A stretch of 64,000 nucleotides of DNA, from contig OX597823.1 in NCBI GenBank assembly GCA_951406725.2, positions 52,018,001-52,082,000 on the forward strand. Reading direction: 5' to 3'. Shown piece after piece: positions 12,194 through 25,860 of this stretch. Numbering within the stretch: position 1 is the stretch's first letter; each line of letters begins with the position of its first letter. This DNA is from Octopus vulgaris (Eukaryota). The notes beneath the pieces are model-generated. The model ran no database searches and was not told the origin of the DNA. It worked only from the letters and a program-made list of their open reading frames with translations. The translations under genes were made by a program, and so were the position numbers.

Positions 12194-13849
12194 GGTGTCC
12201 GGTCAATTCGTTGACAGCAGTTTTTTTGTCAATGAATTTGTTCCCAGTCAATTCATCATTGGTCAATTCGTCTCCAGGTCAATTTATCGTCAGTCAATTC
12301 GTCAAGATCATAGGAAAAATGGAAGAATGAATATCTGAAAAAAAAAAAAAAACGTCTATTTTAAGGTTTGCCGTTTTACATATTTATCTTTTCTTAAAAT
12401 TTAAGAGTCTGAGCAATTGCTTTTAGAGAAATAAATTTTTGGTTTGGAGCATATTTATACATGACATTTTTTATAAGCATGTTCATATCTCTGTATTTTT
12501 TTTTTCTTTTGGCTTGGTTCTTCTCCTTACATAAACTTCTGCAAACTGGCAAACCTTTCCTCACATTTAATCACATCAATAAATTTCTAAATATTTGGAT
12601 GATTAATAATCACTGTGTTTTTCAGCGTGCTGTGGTAGGCTTCTAAACTATTTGTAATACAAGTAGTCCTCATCATACATCGATCCCAAACATTCCATAT
12701 AGGTAATGGAAATGGAGGTTCAAGGCATCGCCTCCTCTGTCCTCTTCCTCTAAGTGGTTCAATATAATTATTTTCAAAATAGGATACAATTGACAGTGGA
12801 ATATCACCATCATCTAAAAGTTGTTCATATCCATCTACAACATCCTCAACTGGCAGGAAGGCAAGGGCAACAAAACACTGCATTATTAGACTAAAACTGT
12901 CATCTTCGTGATACCTGAATTTTAGTCCTTCTTGCACAACATGTTTGTACATATTTTGTCCCAAATAAAACAAGCAGCATGCCAAGTTTGACCCAGGAAA
13001 CGATTCCAGAAATCCATTATTGGTTGCTTTTTTGAAATCCATAATTATAATATCGGGTCCCTCATTCTGCAGTAATTCATTTATTTTGACAAAATGTTTA
13101 CTATATGTGTCTTGACTTTTGTCAGAGAGCAATACGAGCAATTGTGGGGGTTTAAAATGATCAATTTCAATGTGAAATATATATAACTGAAAATATATAC
13201 TAGAGCAGCACTTAAATGTTCCATCTGCCGTCCAGTTCTTGTGCTGTTTTAACTGTCAAAGCAGTTTGTCACTTGCAAATAGAAGCATTCGTTTTGAATC
13301 TTCCATCCCACTGTCATACTGTAAAAACGGTTCAACATTGTCAAGGTAGGAGTATTTGCTTGGAATGGAAAACCCATCATTTGTAAGTGGAGTAGCAGGA
13401 TAGTTGGAATTAGCTTGCCTCCAATGTCTAATATTCCTATTAAGCTGTCATTGCAGTCATTTAAATTCTGAACTTCACCAGCGATAATTGAGCGAGGGGC
13501 ATCTCGAGATAAAAATGGACTTTACTTTGATATTTGAAACTATTATCCTTGCATTTACCTCTGCAGCAGTAGAAGCATGGTTATGGATTTCTTAAGCTCT
13601 TTATAATTTTCATCTGTATAAATCCTTGCTTTGCACACACGATTTTCGCATTTCCAGTATATCTTCAATCCATCTGCATTCTGCTTATTTTTTGTGTATA
13701 TGTATAATTTTCTTGATCGACCCACTTTGATTTTTCTTTTCTCTGAAATTATGATCTTACAGGTATTCATGTTGATGGGTGGGTGTATTGAATAAATTTA
13801 ATTCAATTTGTTTGAAAATCTTTGTTTATAAACTGTTCAGCACAAATAC

Positions 13850-13887
<38 letters not shown>

Positions 13888-14116
13888 GTGGAGTTAAAGA
13901 AAGGAAAAGTATTTAAAACAGTCCGATAATTTTAATTCTAAGGTGATTGTTCTAAACTTTCCTTCAAAAATCATATTTTTGAGTATTTTGGAATGAATTG
14001 ACCTGGGATGAATTTACCAGTGACAAATTGTCCTGGGGATGAATTGATCAACAATAAATTGACTGGATACAAATAAACCGACGATGAAATAACCAGGGAC
14101 AAATTGTCCTAGCACC
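12194..14116 (-). mobile_element. Full-length MULE (Mutator/Phantom-like) DNA transposon
   Basis: GGTG...CACC termini; ~110-125-bp TIRs built from ~15-bp repeats (ggtcaattcgtc); flanking 8-bp TSD gtataagc/atataagc; internal transposase. Confidence 0.9.
12394..13770 (-). pseudogene. FLYWCH + MULE DDE transposase, disrupted
   Basis: N-terminal YWKCENRVCKARI (FLYWCH), DGTFK, IIMDF, CLFYLGQ (CxxH position), TNSLEAYH, HPNI; in-frame stops and frameshifts. Confidence 0.9.
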
Positions 14117-16011
14117 ATATAAGCAATATATTGCATATAAATTTTAACAACAAAGTCTTAAATGGATCCCTGAAAGCCATATGAACCCCATCTGAGAATC
14201 AATGGCTTGGCTGCTCCTTTGCTGACTCTTGTAAATGCATATTTATGAATGCACTAAGAAAATTAAGTTAAATAGATGGAAAATCAGTGATCTATATACA
14301 TTTGCTAACTTTGAGTATGTTAAGACTTTAAGTAGTCTTAATTTTTTTGTAATGATAAATTCTTACTAGAAAATTTTAATAATAACAATAATAGTTTCTT
14401 TTCATTTTTATCCTAGATAATGAAATGAGGAAAATAGTAAGGGAGGAAAACAGGGATTGCTAAATGATGAAAGTAAGAAAATTAGAACGGCAATACTGTC
14501 GTGTAAAAATCAATACATTACTATGTCTGATTGGATTAAACACATATTGCTTAAGATTCATGGCTGGTTTGAAGAATATAGAAGTACGTATTGTTATATG
14601 TTCAACCCCAGTGAGAATCTGAAGAGACATTTGTGTTCTGGCTGGTGATAACTACTTTGCAGACTTATTAAAATAAGAAAGAGAAAAGCTTTTGAGCAGA
14701 GCAAAAATCCTATCAAAAATTAAGTCATCACTCCAAGATTGTACAGAGGTGTTTTACTTGATGAGACAAGACCATTGAAATCAAGAAAGAAAGAGAGGAA
14801 GTAAATGGCTGGAGATGTTGGCATCATACACGACATCTATGTCAAACTGGTTTTATTGTCGAGCCTGGCAAAGATATGGCTGGTCAATCAAAAGTGGTTT
14901 TGAAGGAGTCAATATGATGGTGGTTTGTATAGCTGCAGTCTTGATTGGATGTTATATAACTACAGAGTGCAGTTGCTTTCTTTTCATATTGTTGTTGGTT
15001 TATAACTCTGCTTTATCAAGCAGTTATATATTTGCAAGAAGTGACCTCTTAAAGAAGTAAGGTACAAGATAGCCACGTGAATTTTGTCACATGTTTAACC
15101 TTCATCTATGCATTGGAAGATTAAATAAGCACCAGCGTTTTATGAAGAATTTCTTGGTACAAAGGTTAACACTTGGTAAATAATTCAATAACAACACTCA
15201 CAAAATACTTGTAAAAAATACCAAATTGACAAAGATCTCCCCCTCTCTCTCTCTCTTCTTTAATTGCAAATTTAATATTGGCAGTAAATAACCTGCTATT
15301 AGAAGGGAAGAGCATCTTTCTATCTAATGAACTTATATCAAACAAAACCAAGAATATAGCAAAACTATATTGTATTACAAGAGTTTTTTTAAACTTTTAT
15401 GCTGAGTTCACACAAGCTTGGAATTATCCCAAATATAATCAACATCATGAACTCTTCTGTTGAGATTGAATAAATCATTTGGAGTGTTGATAAGCATTAG
15501 AAAGAGATTACAAAAGGATAAGTGAAAAAACAATGTAAATAAATTTGTTTGTGAATATACAGCTTTAAAGAAATCTGCAGCATCAGTTTATTTATTTATT
15601 TTTTCTTTCACTAATTTCAGTTTGATAGTTGTAGCCATGCTGGGGTACTGCTATTACCTCTACTACACTTCCACTACTTGAAACCTCTTTATATGTGACA
15701 TTTTGTGGAATGTGGGAGTTTGATGTTGCTGACCTCATCTAAGTTTCTTTCACAAGGCTGGTTATTCAAAACACTTGAGAGGAGGAGATCCAGTCTTGTT
15801 TTGCAGACACTTACATCCCTCCCACCAACGTAGGTTTCTCAGGATTTTTGGGGAGGAAATTGAAAAGCTGTGTACCCATGAAACCTAAGCTGTTGCAGTT
15901 GCTGGTCCTATAACTTGTTAGCAATGTTGGGATCTTTGGCAAAAATGTAGTGGTGCCCTGTTCTGCTGTTTGGGTAACATTCAATGCTAAAGTTTTTTTT
16001 ACTTTTAATTA

Positions 16012-16231
16012 TCTTTTACTTGTTTCAGTCATTGACTACGGCCATGTTGGAGCTCTGCCTTGAAGGATTTCTTTTTAATCAAACAAATCGACCCCAGAAC
16101 TTATTTTCTAAGCCTAATACTTATTCTATCATTCTTTTTTGTCAGACCACTAAGTTACAGTGACCAGCACCAGTTGACAAGTTGTGATGGAGGGACAAAC
16201 ACAGACACAAAACATACACACATAGATATAT

Positions 16232-16265
<34 letters not shown>

Positions 16266-16266
16266 G

Positions 16267-16317
<51 letters not shown>

Positions 16318-16372
16318 GTGTATATATATATATGTATGTATGTGTGTATATATATGTATGTATGTATGTGTG

Positions 16373-16403
<31 letters not shown>

Positions 16404-16473
16404 ATACATATATATATATATATCTATATATATATATACATACATATATATATACATACATATATATACACAT

Positions 16474-16515
<42 letters not shown>

Positions 16516-16657
16516 GATGGGGTTCTTCCAGTTTCCATCTACCAAATCCACTCACAAGGCTTTGGTTGGCATGAAATTATAGTAGAAGACACTTGCCCAA
16601 GATGCCATGTAGTGGGACTGAAACCATAACCATGTGGTTGGGAAGCAAGCTTCTTAC
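16012..16657 (-). mobile_element. SINE family A with internal microsatellite expanded to ~300 bp
   Basis: Tail 16012-16210 and head 16515-16657 flank a (TA)/(TATG) tract. Confidence 0.85.
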
Positions 16658-17711
16658 GCATCAAGGATAAAATTTCACATTAAAAGAGTGATTGACAGAG
16701 AAATAAGTACTTAGCTTGAAATGTTTAGAGTATCATTTGATAAAACTAAAAGAAAAAAGAAAGAAAATATTAATGTGAAGATGATGCTCCTGCATGGCCT
16801 TGGCTGTGGTGACTAACACAAAGTAAAGAAATAAAGAAAAGACTGTTAATGAAACTTTGTGTCACTGCTGATTGTTTTCAAACAAAGAATAAACAATGTG
16901 TTATCTGATACAAAGAGATTAACAAAAATGGCTGAATGGCAAACATGGATCCTGTCAAAAATCAAAATGTTCTTAAAGAAGTAAAACAGAAGATGAAGAG
17001 ATTAAAACATCCGATAATAAAAAGAAGTAAATTTAATATTCTAGTTATATTACATGCATAGCTAGCTGACAGAGAAAAAAAAAACGCCATGTCTTATGAT
17101 CAAGGTAAACAAAACTATTCTTATAAAAAGTGTTGGAAATCCTGCTTAAAGACTATCGTAATTTAGTACTTAATTAGATTCTTGTTGAAAATTTAACAGG
17201 AAACAAATACAAACATTCTCTACTTTTTTTTGCATTATTAAATATACCTCAAAACATGCAAGTAATGTGTAGAAGTTTAAAAAAAAATACAAATTTAATC
17301 ATATACAAGTGATACTATTAAAATATCTTTGTAAGCATTAACTTCAAGGTTTGGGTCAAATTAAGTTTTATTAGTATTGTTTTTATATATTTTTCCTTGT
17401 GTTCACACAAAAGTCCGACATTTAATGTGTAAATAGGTATCATGTGTACAGCTATCATAAATGTTCTTCCCTTCCTCTTCTTGAAGTACATTATTAGTGT
17501 AAGTGAAGTGAATTGGTTTTGGCTTGGTTTTCCAAAATTTTATTGTTTGTTTAACAATGCTTATCACACATTTTGTTTAGTATTTCTGTCATAGACTTTT
17601 CAAAATTATTAATATCATTATCATCATCTACTTTCCATGCTGGCATTAGTTATGGTATGAGTTACAAGGCAACATAAAAATATTTTTACTTTCTGGTTGC
17701 TGTTCAGTAAC

Positions 17712-17915
17712 TGCACATGGATTGCTGGCACTTTTACCTTATTTATCCTTCTTTCCCTTTGGATTTCCCTCTTTCCGATGAAGAGCTTTGCTCAAAACAT
17801 TAACAACTTTATCCTTTCACTGAGCATCAAATTAATATATTGTTTGTGCACGTCCTCATGTTTGTTTTTTTCTTCTTTTTTTCTCTGTTTTTTAATTGTT
17901 TCTTCTTTGAATTGG
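17712..17915 (+). mobile_element. ~200-bp Penelope pLTR-like element with minimal hammerhead motif (decayed)
   Basis: ttt-CCGATGA-A-GAGC-ttt-GCTC-aaaacatt; homologous to 53410-53578 and 60285-60480. Confidence 0.65.
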
Positions 17916-18039
17916 GTATGTGTATGTGTGTGTGTGTGTGTATTCAGTCAGCTTTAAAGTTTGAAGTTTATAAACATTTTATAATTCACACCAGTATTAT
18001 ACATAATTATACATAATTAATAGGTAAGTCTTACATTGC

Positions 18040-18285
18040 AGAGACATGTAGTTTAGTGGTTAGGGTGTTGCACTCATGATTGTAAGATTGGGGTTTCAAT
18101 TCCTAAACCAGCTAATGCACTGAGTTCTTGATCATAACTCTTAGTTTCACATTTCTCCAGTTCACTCAGCTGATAATAATGAGCAATTTTAATGATAAAC
18201 CAGGGTCCCATCCTGGGAAGAATATTTATCCTATAGAATTTGGAAAGCTGATCTTATGAGCTTGTTGCTCAGAAAGGACTTTTAA
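18040..18285 (+). mobile_element. SINE family C, diverged
   Basis: tagtggttaggg...gtttcaattcct...gttcttga...ctccagttcactcagctg. Confidence 0.7.
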
Positions 18286-19385
18286 TCCTTATTCTATAAT
18301 CTTTATGTTAACTAATGGAATACAGCAACAAATGTATACAAAATACATTCAGTTATTTCAAATTGTCATACAAAATTTATTTGAAATTCATATAGTTATT
18401 GTTATATTTCAGGTCAGACATTCTTTTTCTTTTGCCAAATAATCACACTCACCTATATACTGTTCAGTATTTACGCATTGAAAAAAATAATCTTTCTACT
18501 TGTTCTACAATACATTTCAATACTTCAAAAACAAACTTATGTTTCTTTACATATATCTGTTTCAATATACAATTTTATATCAGGAATCTTGCAAAACAAA
18601 TACATGAATATAATTGTATAAAGTTAATATCCTAAAGCTTTTTGAAAAAATGAATGTATAATTTATTCAAAACTAATACCGAATTTCAACAGAATTTTTA
18701 ATAAAGTCATACATACAGCAACGCTGTTATATAGGATAGGAAGAGGTCTACTGCTAAATGCCAATAAAATAAGAAAGTGGTTATGATGTCAGGAGAATAA
18801 ATAAATAGAACTAGTTAATTAACAACACATTAACTTCATTGGTTACTCTTTCCTGCTTTTCATTTGTTGAACACAGAGTAGCAAGACATACGTGGCACAT
18901 CAAATAATTGGAAAATATATATATATATATATAAATATATAAAGAACTGCTATAAAATGAATTCACAGTTTGTACTAAAATAGTAGAAGGTTGACGTGAA
19001 ATTTATGTTGTTAATAGTCAAAGTTGTATGGAATATAAAGGAAATTTATATAGATTAATCCTGCAAACAGTTCAGAAATAATAAATTTCAAGTCTTATTC
19101 CTGGAAAAAGCAAGTGGACTGTTCTGTTGATTTGGTAATTCTTACTGGTTGATACCATCTTTGATTGTTTATAGCAATGCTGATGGTATTTATTGCAGCT
19201 CTCATTAAGCAATTGTCACGTAACAAGATATATCAGAACTCCCATTCTATCTAAGTCAATTGATTAACCTTAGCAACACTGTCTAACAATCTCTCTTATA
19301 TCATATTGTTAACCAAGCTGAAACGTGAGTCCAATATGGCTACCACAAGCACTTTAGATATGCATATACATACATGCATATATAC

Positions 19386-19432
<47 letters not shown>

Positions 19433-19950
19433 CATATGTATAACTATATATGCATGTGTATATATATGACCATTTACATGCATGTGTGAGTGTGTACACA
19501 CACACACACACACATATATATAATGTATGTATACACAGACATATATATGTACACATACATATATGTGTGTGTATGTGTATGTGTTGGAGTGAGTGTTTAC
19601 ATGTGCGAAAATCAACAAAACTGATAAATTTGCCACTGTAGTTGAGTGAAGAAATATCTTTGAACACATTAAAGGAATCACTAAAGGTTAGTGAAATTAA
19701 TGCTATTTTGGACATTGCAACTTATATGGGTGTGTAGGTGTACATGCATGTATGATTATGCATATGAATTATGGCACACATGCACACAGCTATGTGTGTG
19801 TGTATAACGGTTCACACATACACATGTATGAACATAATTTAAGTCTTCAATTTAATACTAGTATGCTTAGAACCATAGTAAATTAGACCTTCTAAACAAT
19901 TCAGAAAGCACACAAGATGCGTATACATTAGAACACATGCACATCTTTAT

Positions 19951-19981
<31 letters not shown>

Positions 19982-20369
19982 CATACATACGTGTGTGTAT
20001 ATATATATGCAAACACACGTGCATACACACACACGTGTGACTGTATATAAGACCTTATAAATAACTAGAAATATATTCAGTCTATGAAAATTGAAGCTGA
20101 CCTAAAGCAGCTTCATATTCAAGGTATTTTGATTTCAAATCTTCTACATGGATAAACATGTGTTTTTGGGCAAGTCACTGAAATGTATAAGTTTCAAATT
20201 TTGGCACCTTGATGGCAGAACATAAATTCTGTAAGTCAATGAGGAAGACTACATGTGGTTGCTTGACCTTCATATATATAACAACCAAATCTCCTTCAAA
20301 TCACATCGAATCATCTACAAAAAATATGAGAGGAAAATTTAATTTGAGTCAACAAGCCAAGTGAAATTG

Positions 20370-21062
20370 TAGTCATGGCTGATGAGGACAGCTGTGTAAA
20401 AAAAGTGCCAGTCTCTAACTGTGGAGAGAACCTGTGAAAGAGGTAGACCCAGAAAAACATGAGGCAAAGTGGTGAAGCATGATCTTTGAACGTTGGACCT
20501 CATGGAGGTGATGACACATGATTGAGACCTTTGGTGATATGCCATGCTTGAGGAGACTCGTGAAGACAAGTGAAATTGTAGTTATAGCTGATGCAAGTGT
20601 CATGTAATTGGCATTTGTGCCAGTGACACATAAAGCACCCATGCTGGTGGCATGTAAAATGCACCCATTACACTGTTGTTGTTGTTGTTGTTAAGCAACA
20701 AGACGGGTAAGGGTGATTAGGTGATGGTCTAGGGCTTAGGGGCGGGAAACCCCAGACCTTAGATAAAAAAAAAAAAACGTTGGTCGTCTTGTTGTAGTCG
20801 AGGGCTCTTTGTTGACGCCCAACAGCACTGGGAGGTGGCCCTCGAAGTCGCTGGAAATGGAGATCTCCAGGTCCAAATTCTTGAACGGCTCCATTACACT
20901 CTTGGAGAGGTTGGCATTAGGAAGGGCATCCAGCTGTAGAAACCATGCCAAACCAGACTGGAACTTGGTGCAGCTTTCCAGCTTACATGTTCCAGTCGAA
21001 CTGTCTAAAAGATGCCACCATGGGAAGCAGACGTTAAATAGTGATGAAGATGATGATGATGT
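20370..21062 (+). mobile_element. RTE LINE 3' end (ORF C-terminus + 3'UTR + (GAT)n), interrupted
   Basis: EDSCVKKCQSLTVERTCERGRPRKT*, similar to 6550-6630; followed by the common tail. Confidence 0.85.
20675..20890 (-). mobile_element. 5'-truncated retroelement with (AAC)n tail, nested in RTE 3'UTR
   Basis: Exact 10-bp TSD ccattacact at 20665-20674 and 20891-20900; (GTT)n at the left edge; CpG-rich. Confidence 0.85.
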
Positions 21063-21384
21063 TTCTGTCATGTAGAAAAAATTTGTGGTGGGTAATTCTG
21101 GATGGCTTTGATCTGCTCAATCAGGGTTGAATCTAAATGAAACAATTGCAACAAATAGGGTGTTATAATTTTACTGTGTTATTTAACAATAATAGTCTGT
21201 ATTCTGGTTTTAGAACATGTACAATGTGTCCTAGTATGTTGTAGGAAGCAATTAAAAGTAATTTTGATGAAAAAGATAAGTGGTGGTAAAAAAAAAAAAA
21301 AGAAAATCCCAGAAAAGCCAGCCAACATATACCAACAAGGAAAGTCAATCATAAAATCCTGAATAATAACAACAAAAATAATAA

Positions 21385-21760
21385 GAAGAAAGGAAACGAT
21401 GCTGGATCATAGATATAGAAAGGAAGCGATGCTGGATGATAGATATACCATGCCCAGCTGACAACAAGGTATGCGATAAAGAAGAAAGAAAAGCTAATAG
21501 GTATGACTTGTTAGCTAGGAAGGTTAAGCAGTTGTGGTCACTGAAAAAGGTGGTAGTAGTACCAATAATTGTTGGAGCCCTAGGAGCAGTAAGTAAAAAT
21601 CTTGAGAAGTACATGGAACAAATAGGGGCTGCAATAAGGGTGGAGCATTTGCAGAAAACAGCACTGCTTGGAACCACTTAGTTCGTCGGTAGTGAACAGC
21701 TGACACTGTTGTACAGCTCCAGTGTTAGAAGCTGTACAAAGAAAATAAATAATAATAACA
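21385..21760 (+). pseudogene. Dong/R4-clade retrotransposon 3' end (restriction-like endonuclease)
   Basis: IDIPCPAD..EERKANRY.LL..V..LW...VVVPIIVGALG...LQKTALLGT, then a short UTR and TAA tail. Confidence 0.85.
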
Positions 21761-21769
21761 ATGACATTT

Positions 21770-21980
21770 TCAAATTTTGGCACAAGGCTAGCATCTTTTA
21801 AGAGGAGGGGAAGTCGATAGTATCAACCCTAGTAACTGACTGGTGCTTTTATAAGCAACCCCAAAAGAAAAGGCAAAGTTAACTTTGATGAAATTTGAAC
21901 TCAGGACATAAAACATAAAGACATGAAATGCTGTTAAGTTTGTTGCCCTGTACACTGACAAGTCTGTCAGCTTGCTACCT
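21770..21980 (-). mobile_element. SINE family B, diverged
   Basis: tttcaaattttggcacaagg...aaaggcaaagt...aatttgaactcag. Confidence 0.75.
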
Positions 21981-21981
21981 T

Positions 21982-22566
<585 letters not shown>

Positions 22567-22599
22567 TAATTATAATCTTACAAGTGGTAGTAAAGTTAG

Positions 22600-23050
22600 T
22601 AAAAGTAATGAATAAAATACAGGCAATCAAGATTGGAAAAGGAAAAAAGAATAAAAATGAGGCCCATAGAGAACATGTTAAACATATTGATGAGTAACCT
22701 TTGCCTGATCAGTTTTAGAAAGCCACTGAAGAAGTATTTGGAGAACAATTCTGGACTTGGATGTAAAAGGGGCAATGGAGAAAAGAAACAGCAAGCCTTG
22801 TTATAGCTGCTCAAGATGAAGCACTGCAAGCAAACAGCTTGAGAAAATATTTATATGAAAAGGTGCTCCCAAATTGTAGGGTATGTGGAATTTTGAGATG
22901 AAACAATGACAGATGTTGTTGCAGAATACCCCAGGTTGGCCTATGGAGAGATTGAGAATATGAGAGATTGATCAAGGCATGAAAGTTTTACACTGAAAGC
23001 TTTGTCAAAAATGGGGATTTGAAGCAGGAAGTAAATGGTACAATCAGTGA
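22600..23050 (+). pseudogene. Dong/R4 ORF fragment (pre-endonuclease zinc-knuckle region), decayed
   Basis: TASLVIAAQDEALQAN...CRVCG..ETMTDVVAEYPRLA. Confidence 0.75.
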
Positions 23051-23614
23051 GTGAATATTTTTTCTGTGAATGAAGTACATAATAATTAAGTCAGCCATAA
23101 CCATTTATACAAAGAGTAATCATCGTTGTCAACATCCTCCTCCTCCTCATCATCATCATCATCATCACCATTACCAGCACTGTCATCATCATCATTGTCA
23201 TGTCATCATCATCATCATCACCATCACTGTAACCACCGCTATCATCATCATCATCATTATCATCACTGCCATCTTTCAAGCTGGCTTGAGCAGGACAGTT
23301 CAAGAGGGACCAAATGAGCAGAGAACTGAGTTGAAAATTGTAGTTTGATATGCTTTGTTCCATTTAAAGACTGTTGTCTGTATATTATCTTCAGCTGTGT
23401 GTGCATCCCATAGACAAGCCTTTCTCTTCAATCCAGTTAATATTTTAGTAACCAACGGTTTTCTGACTCTAAAAGTGTTCATGCGAGATTCACAATTGAA
23501 AGCTTCTCCAACAACTAGTATTTCGTACATGCATTAACAAAAGTTGTTTATTTCCTGAACATATAATGATGACATTTTAATCTTGATATGAAAATAAAAA
23601 AAAAAAAAGCATTA

Positions 23615-24085
23615 TAAAAGCTTTTGATCAGTGGTCTTTGCTAGGGTCCATGTAAGATTTTGATGTTAAAGTCTATCTGCAATCTATTGGTTATAGTTCT
23701 ACAATACATTAAGTATTTTAACAATTTTTGTGTACAATTCCTATTAATATTTAATGATAAAAATGTAATAAAAATGTAACCTTTTAGTATTGAAATTGGT
23801 CATATCCTGCCAAAATATTCTACCTGTTTTATGTACAAACCAACCAGATTCAACCTTTCACACTTAGTCTACAATGTCATCTTAAAAATAAACAGTCACA
23901 TTATAGAAATCTTGAAGCTATTTGATAATGCAGGATGAATTCAAAATATAGTGAATAAATGAGCACAACAATTAACAGAGTCGTCTGAATGCTAAAGGGT
24001 TGAACATGGAATGGTTATGGAGTGCATCTGAGTAAAATAGGAATCAAAAGGGTTCATAGATTAAAAAGTGGTTGTGGGCCTCTGC
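23615..24085 (-). mobile_element. hAT-like MITE (same family as 41929) split by a piggyBac-like MITE
   Basis: gggtccatgtaag... and gagtaaaataggaatcaaaagggttcatag match the reverse complement of 41929-42165. Confidence 0.65.
23780..23999 (+). mobile_element. piggyBac-like MITE family 2
   Basis: ccttttagtatt...gaatgctaaaggg; homologous to 42438-42653; degenerate TTAA flanks. Confidence 0.75.
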
Positions 24086-24729
24086 TTTAGATAATATAAA
24101 TCTGGGGTAATCTCAGAGAGTGGCAATTAAAATATTTAAATTCTATCTGTGTATCAATTAAATAATTGATAGTAAAATACTGAGACGATCCCATTGACTA
24201 TTCTTCTTTCCAACAAAATATTGGCCTAAAATAATAATAGCAATAATAATAATACCTATAAGATAGTGGATCATCTGTTGCTTGGAGTGGTTGCACAGCA
24301 GTTGTCAGCATTGTGCCTGCTACAAACAGTAAGTATGAGAGATTCATATCTATACAGATACTTAAATACTAAAGCAAAATAAAACATATAAATATATAAA
24401 CGGAATTTTGCTTTTGTTGTAAATGTTAAGAGGAGAAAATATTCCCTTTGATCATAAAATACAGGATATAAAGATATTTAACAATGAATGCAGATTAAAG
24501 AGATACCTTTCTGTATTTGACATTTAATTAAGCAACTCTTTAAAACACTACAAACTTATGAAGATTGTTTTACACAAGAAACAGTAGCTGAAATTACAAA
24601 CACTTGAAGAGCTTGAAACATTGTTTACACTATTATTATAGTTAGTAGCCTCTCTGTAATGCACCCACCACCAACCCAACTATCACCTTTGTGGCAGTAA
24701 TAAAGAAAATATTATTATCATTATTATAT

Positions 24730-24860
24730 AGGTGATGAACTGGCAGAATCATTAGCACGTTAGGCAAAATGCTTGGCGGTATTTAATTTGTCTTTACATT
24801 CTGAGTTCAAATTCCACTGCAGTTGACTTTGCCGTTTGTCCATTTTGAGTCTACAAAACT
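24730..24860 (+). mobile_element. SINE family B, 5' part
   Basis: ggtgatgaactggcagaatcattagcac...ctgagttcaaattcc. Confidence 0.75.
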
Positions 24861-24920
24861 TTAAATTATATTGAGCCAACTCACAGTGTTATTGAATAAA
24901 TAAATAAGATATATATATAT

Positions 24921-25292
24921 ACTCTTTTACTCTCTTACTTGTTTCAGTCAGTTGACTGCGGCCATGCTGGAGCACCGCCTTTAGTCGAGCAAATCGACCT
25001 CAGGACTTATTCTTTGTAAGACTAGTACTTATTCTATCAGTCTCCCTTTGCTAACTTGCTAAGTTACGGGGATGTAAACACTCGAGAATCGGTTATCAGG
25101 CGATGTTCGGAGGGGGGGACAAACATAGGCACACAAACATATACACACACATACACGATGGGCTTCTTTCAGTTTCCATCTACCAAATCCACTCACAGGG
25201 CTTTGGTCGGCCCAAGGTGCCATGCAGCAGGACAAAACCTGGAACCGTGTGGTTGGTAAGCAAGCTACTTACCACACAGCCACTCCTGCACC
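24921..25292 (-). mobile_element. SINE family A
   Basis: Similarity to 9268-9669. Confidence 0.9.
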
Positions 25293-25689
25293 TACATATA
25301 AATATATATTGAAAGAATATTTATTTACCAAATGCAGTTTTCAACACACATTCTCACTATTCAATAGTATTCTATGTTTATATAAATGTTTGTGTGTGTA
25401 ATAAATGACAAAACAGCAACAGTTACATAATTAAATCCCTTAGCTTACAGACGTTTCAGCTACAGGAATGTAGGAGAAATAAATACCAGCCTGTATTCAT
25501 TTTAATATCTTCTTTAGAGATTTAACGAACTCTTTTGTAATCAGGAAAACAAATATGTAGAAATACACATGCATACATAAACTCTTATACATACATACAT
25601 ACATACATATGAATAGACACACATATATGCATTCCCATATATATATCACAAGTATATGCATACATAGTAAGTAAAAACCATAATGATTA

Positions 25690-25860
25690 TTTCCAATTTT
25701 GGCACAAGGTCAAGGACATTCATGGGAGCCATTATTTCCAGTACTTTATTTATATCAAGTACTGGTACTTTATTATATCAAGTCTGAGAAAATGAAAGGC
25801 AAAGTTGACTTTAGCAGGATTTGAACACAGAATGCATGGAGATGGGACAATATACTGCAA
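25690..25860 (-). mobile_element. SINE family B, diverged
   Basis: aattttggcacaagg...ctggtactt...atgaaaggcaaagttgac. Confidence 0.7.

Larger units (their letters stand above)
12016..14205 (+). mobile_element. hAT-like MITE split by the MULE insertion (parts 12016-12193 and 14125-14205)
   Basis: caggagttctca...tgagaatcaatg termini; the joined halves align with the uninterrupted copy at 41929-42165. Confidence 0.7.

Noticed and set aside
12194-12310. Regularly spaced ~15-bp repeats resembling a CRISPR or iteron array
   Set aside because: No unique spacers, and the repeats are mirrored at 13990-14116; they are MULE TIR subunits.
15680-15960. Possible decayed LINE fragment (also 35480-35950)
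   Set aside because: Only hints of motifs; too degraded to assign by eye.
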